From: Thermoplasmata archaeon
GTDB taxonomy: Archaea; Thermoplasmatota; Thermoplasmata; RBG-16-68-12
NCBI GenBank assembly: GCA_041483635.1
Contig: JBGPGA010000001.1
Coordinates: forward strand, 1-60,828
Length of the DNA stretch: 60,828 bases
Reading direction: 5' to 3'
Numbering within the stretch: position 1 is the first letter of the stretch; every line of letters begins with the position of its first letter. The notes below the pieces were generated by a model that saw only the letters and a program-made list of their open reading frames with translations, searched no databases and was not told where the DNA came from. A program made the position numbers and the translations under genes. Positions 57,828 through 60,828 of this stretch are shown piece by piece.

Positions 57828-58855
57828 CGCAGATCCCTCGCCACCTTGTCCAGGTACTCGTGGAAGGCAGAGTGCTTGCGGCCCTCGACCTCCGTGAGCC
57901 CGTCGAGGATCGTCCGCACGTCGATCCCCATCCGGAGCGCCGCGCGGATCACGGTCTCCTGGTAGATGGGCTTGAGCTGTCGCACGGTGACGGCCATGCG
58001 GTGCGCCTCGATGAGGGGCCACGGATAGCCGACGGACACGAGGCTCCTCGCGTACGGCGCGATCTGCCCGAACACGTACTCGGGCTCGTCACGGAACGTG
58101 CCCACGTCCACCCGGAACCACTTCCGGCCCTGGGCATGCAGGCGGGCGTAATAGATGTCCCCATGGAGGAGCCCCTCCTGCGCGGCTTCCGATTCCTTCG
58201 GGGCCCGCACGAACGCCGTCGCGTCGTGGGGGACCTGGGACTGGCATCGGGCGAGGAAGTCCTCGTCCGTCAGGACCTGTCCGAACGTGTGGAGCTGGCT
58301 GTCCTTCGAGATGCCCACGAGGACGTGTTCGCGCTTCTCGCACACCTCCACGAGCCGCTTCATGAAGGTGAACTGCTTCGGGAACTCGGACAGGGTCCCG
58401 TCCATCGCGACGATCGCGCCCTCGCAGTCGTCCGCGAAGTTGATCGCGAGCTGGCCCTCGATGAGCCGCCGGTACTCGTTGACCATGTCCCGCGGCTGGT
58501 TCTCGTGCGCCCCGCGCGTGAACTCGAACAGGGCGCGATGGAGATCGTCCTGCTTCTCGACGAACTCCTCGAACGTCGACAGGCCGACCATGCGTTGCAT
58601 GAGGCGGACATCGAGCCGCTTGAACCTCGTCCCGTCGAAGTTGTACCGCAGGAGCCCGACGGAGATGAGGGCGAGCCACCAGCTCGACAGGTTCAGGAGG
58701 AAGGAGTACGAGCCGTCCACGGCGACCATGTCCCGCGGCGGGTCGGCCCCGCGGAAGAGATAGAACTCCGGAACGGCTTCCGGAGGGATCGGGAGATCAC
58801 GCTGGTTGCGGACGAGGAGCTCGAGCTCCTTCCGCATGTCGTCCACGTAGCTCAT
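57824..58855 (-). CDS. nurA: NurA 5'-3' nuclease
   Basis: MVAVDGSYSF, IVAMDGTLS and VLVGISKDS match the NurA catalytic Asp-containing motifs. It is translationally coupled to herA. Confidence 0.8.
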   Translation of the reverse strand: MSYVDDMRKELELLVRNQRDLPIPPEAVPEFYLFRGADPPRDMVAVDGSYSFLLNLSSWWLALISVGLLRYNFDGTRFKRLDVRLMQRMVGLSTFEEFVEKQDDLHRALFEFTRGAHENQPRDMVNEYRRLIEGQLAINFADDCEGAIVAMDGTLSEFPKQFTFMKRLVEVCEKREHVLVGISKDSQLHTFGQVLTDEDFLARCQSQVPHDATAFVRAPKESEAAQEGLLHGDIYYARLHAQGRKWFRVDVGTFRDEPEYVFGQIAPYARSLVSVGYPWPLIEAHRMAVTVRQLKPIYQETVIRAALRMGIDVRTILDGLTEVEGRKHSAFHEYLDKVARDLR

Positions 58856-59060
58856 GCGAGGGTCATGTAAGATCGGGTAGCTCTTGAATCAAACGGGGGG
58901 CGATGTGATTGTGCTCGGTGGGGCGAAGGCCCAGCCCTTCCTGCGCCTCCTGCGGTGGGCGGAGGCGAACGGTCGCGTGGAACGGATCGAGGCGTGAGGG
59001 TCGCTTGGTTTTCGCCCAAGCTAAGGACAACGTTTTCTGCTAAACACGATACTCGGGTTC

Positions 59061-59566
59061 GTGGCGTTCCGATTGGAAGCGGATCTCGAAGTGGCTCACG
59101 GACGCAGGATCCGAGGTCCGCACGGAGGCGTCGATCCTGGATCGCCGAGCCATGTCATCTGCGCACGCACGGATGGTCTCGCCGCGATCGAGATGAAGAT
59201 GCGCGATTGGTCGCGGGCACTTCGACAGGCGATCGCTTGTAAGGTGGCTGCCGATTGGCCTGGGTCGCGATCCCCTTGGCTGCGGCGTCGCGTGCCTATC
59301 GGCAGCGCTGGTACTTCGACGTCGAGAAGATCGGCCTCCTCGCTGTCGACGATGGAGGCCGCGTTCGAGTCCCGATCCCGGCTGGACCGTCGCCGAGGCT
59401 GTTTCCGTCCTTGGAAGAGAAGATTCCCGGAGTTTCAGGACCGCGTGAGTCGGACAGTTCGCAAAACGTGACGATGCAACTCGATGTCGGCCGTTGCCCC
59501 CAAGCTTGGCGTGACCACAGGTCGTGCGACCTTCCGCGTCTGGCAAGCCCTTCCTTCTTGCGCTAG
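59061..59566 (+). pseudogene. possible frameshifted PD-(D/E)xK nuclease-fold gene remnant
   Basis: Frame 0 reads ...HVICARTDGLAAIEMKMRDWSRALRQAIACKVAAD (D-x6-E-x-K). The sequence then continues in another frame as AWVAIPLAAASRAYRQRWYFDVEKIGLLAVDDGGRVRV. The junction is near 59243-59262. No intact ORF covers both parts. Confidence 0.3.
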
Positions 59567-59988
59567 ATGACGCGAACTTGGTGCTCAATGAATCTGGAAT
59601 CCAGGACAGGGGCATCTTCCCTCGATGTGCGGATGGTAATCTTTCGGCCATTCCGAAGCGTGACGAGGCGAGGACCTGATGAGACTCTGCGTACTGAGTC
59701 GATTTCCACCCAAGAGACCTCTCGGGTATCCCCGTTTAAGTACCAAAGGCGAATGCCAGATTCGCTGAAGGAAACGCCCGCAGGAATCAGTCGCCTCAAG
59801 TTGAGCGGTGCCAGTATGGCCACGACCGCAACGGCCCCAGCCAGCGCACCCACAATCACGGCTACACTCCTCGCGCTGGTCAGCCAGACGAACACAGCGA
59901 CAACGGCCAAAGTCACGCAGCCGACCGTGAGCTGAATTCGCGACCTCCGCAGAAAATTGGCTGTTGTCAGGGTCAGCGGTCTATCCAT
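59563..59988 (-). CDS. membrane protein (2 TM) with a C-terminal bacterial-PH-like region (tentative)
   Basis: LTVGCVTLAVVAVFVWL and AVIVGALAGAVAVVAILAPL, then GIRLWYLNGDTREVSWVEIDSVRRV..LVTLRNGRKITI. Confidence 0.5.
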   Translation of the reverse strand: MDRPLTLTTANFLRRSRIQLTVGCVTLAVVAVFVWLTSARSVAVIVGALAGAVAVVAILAPLNLRRLIPAGVSFSESGIRLWYLNGDTREVSWVEIDSVRRVSSGPRLVTLRNGRKITIRTSREDAPVLDSRFIEHQVRVI

Positions 59989-59996
59989 GGTTTCCC

Positions 59997-60828
59997 CTAC
60001 AATGACAACGCGGCAAAGGCGATCGAGCCGAGCGAGAAATCAAAGGCAATCCACCCAGCAAAGACGGCTCCCGAGTTTGCGGTCCCGTATGCCTCGGCCA
60101 GTGCGAAGAGACTTGCAGCAACACCTGCCACGGCAAAGCCGAGCGCGAGCATTGCGGGTCCCGAGCCCCCGGGGAGCGTCGCCGCGCCGGCGAAAACCGC
60201 CCCAATGGCGGAGATGACCACGCCCGCCAGGGCTAGGGAAGTCCCAGTAGGATCCACCACCGAAACGGCAGCGAGGCCGATGAATGACGACTCCGCACCG
60301 AAAATGATGGAGGCCAAGGCCGCGTCGGACCGGCGCTCGTCGGTGTTCCCGTTCGGACTAACCTGGTTGGCGTAAGCCAAAGCAATGTCGAACGCCGTGT
60401 TGCTGCTGAAGGGATTCAAGAGGCCAACGGAAGGAGACTTCGACGGCAGTGCAAAGTCCACCCCGGCATCGCCTTGAACAGCAGGGCTCCGGCAATCGCG
60501 CCAGCGATGGTCATTATCGCCAAGCCAATCGGGGCAATCGGGTACAGCGCGATGCCGATTGCGACAACGATCGCGCTGAGCCCTAGCAGGGCCCATACAT
60601 AGCTCCCGAGCAGCGTATTGACTAGCAGTTGAAGCGTGGCGCTATCCACGGAACCGGTGTGCTGATACTGGTTGACAGCGGATGGATAGGTGGCTTGAAT
60701 CGAGAGCCGGGTCTGAGCGGCCGACCCACTCAAGGCGGCGAGCAGTGGACCGAGTGAATTCTGGACCATGGCTTTGATCAGCAGCGTCACGAAGTCCATC
60801 AGTTGCCCCACGACCTTCGCCGCCACCG
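59997..60828 (-). pseudogene. large polytopic membrane protein gene, 5' end outside the window, interrupted by a frameshift at a C4/G4 run near 60461-60464
   Basis: ORF 60416..60826 ends ...GAIAGALLFKAMPGWTLHC... ORF 59997..60596 continues in the next frame as ...GDAGVDFALPSKSPSVGLLNPF... One extra G in the run would join them as MPGVDFALPS. Confidence 0.5.

Noticed and set aside
58906-58995. 30-codon GTG-initiated ORF (VIVLGGAKAQPFLRLLRWAEANGRVERIEA) just downstream of nurA's start region
   Set aside because: It is too short, with no Shine-Dalgarno or TATA support and no paralog for a codon-level test. It may be a remnant belonging to the degraded region.

Overview
This is a high-G+C archaeal chromosomal segment. 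A hand count gives about 41 G+C in a typical 60-nt line; nothing was computed genome-wide. Archaeal origin is supported by glycerol-1-phosphate dehydrogenase plus CDP-archaeol synthase, SepF, a RIO kinase, NurA-HerA, a family-B polymerase, and UPF0179 and UPF0216/DUF61 proteins. A Thermoplasmatota-like euryarchaeon is my guess only and cannot be proven without searches.

About 70 genes are tightly packed, and several convergent pairs overlap by a few nucleotides. Most genes have a TTTAWA-like box about 25-35 nt before the start codon, suggesting leaderless or short-leader mRNAs.

Contents in order:
- LeuCD-type dehydratase, citrate synthase and isocitrate dehydrogenase.
- Two paralogous SAM methyltransferases.
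- A membrane cytochrome-b/Fe-S/CCG oxidoreductase and EtfAB.
- A pterin carbinolamine dehydratase.
- An arrestin-like protein paired with a zinc-ribbon membrane protein.
- Glutamate dehydrogenase, a 2-hydroxyacid dehydrogenase, a class II ribonucleotide reductase, GcvT and HflX.
- Molybdopterin genes spread over three loci: moaD-moaE, moaC, and moaB-moeA.
- A COG1031-type radical SAM protein.
- A surface/membrane island with a tandem Lrp regulator, a DUF3494 ice-binding-like protein with PEGA repeats, a GT2 glycosyltransferase, duplicated arginine-rich micro-ORFs, membrane proteins and a site-2 protease.
- Housekeeping genes: RIO, egsA, a TPR protein, a PUA protein, a HAD hydrolase, trxB and sepF.
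- Three paralogous single-domain KaiC-like ATPases with an unusual P-loop, interleaved with uncharacterised partner genes.
- carS and pyrE.
- A DNA-metabolism block: xseAB, a frameshifted and exonuclease-degenerate PolB behind a GNAT and a small conserved protein, a P-loop-less RadA paralog, and nurA-herA.
- A lower-G+C terminal segment with frameshifted genes.

I recognised no rRNA, tRNA, CRISPR array, transposase or integrase. All functional calls rest on motifs I recognise by eye. No database search, HMM or structure prediction was run.
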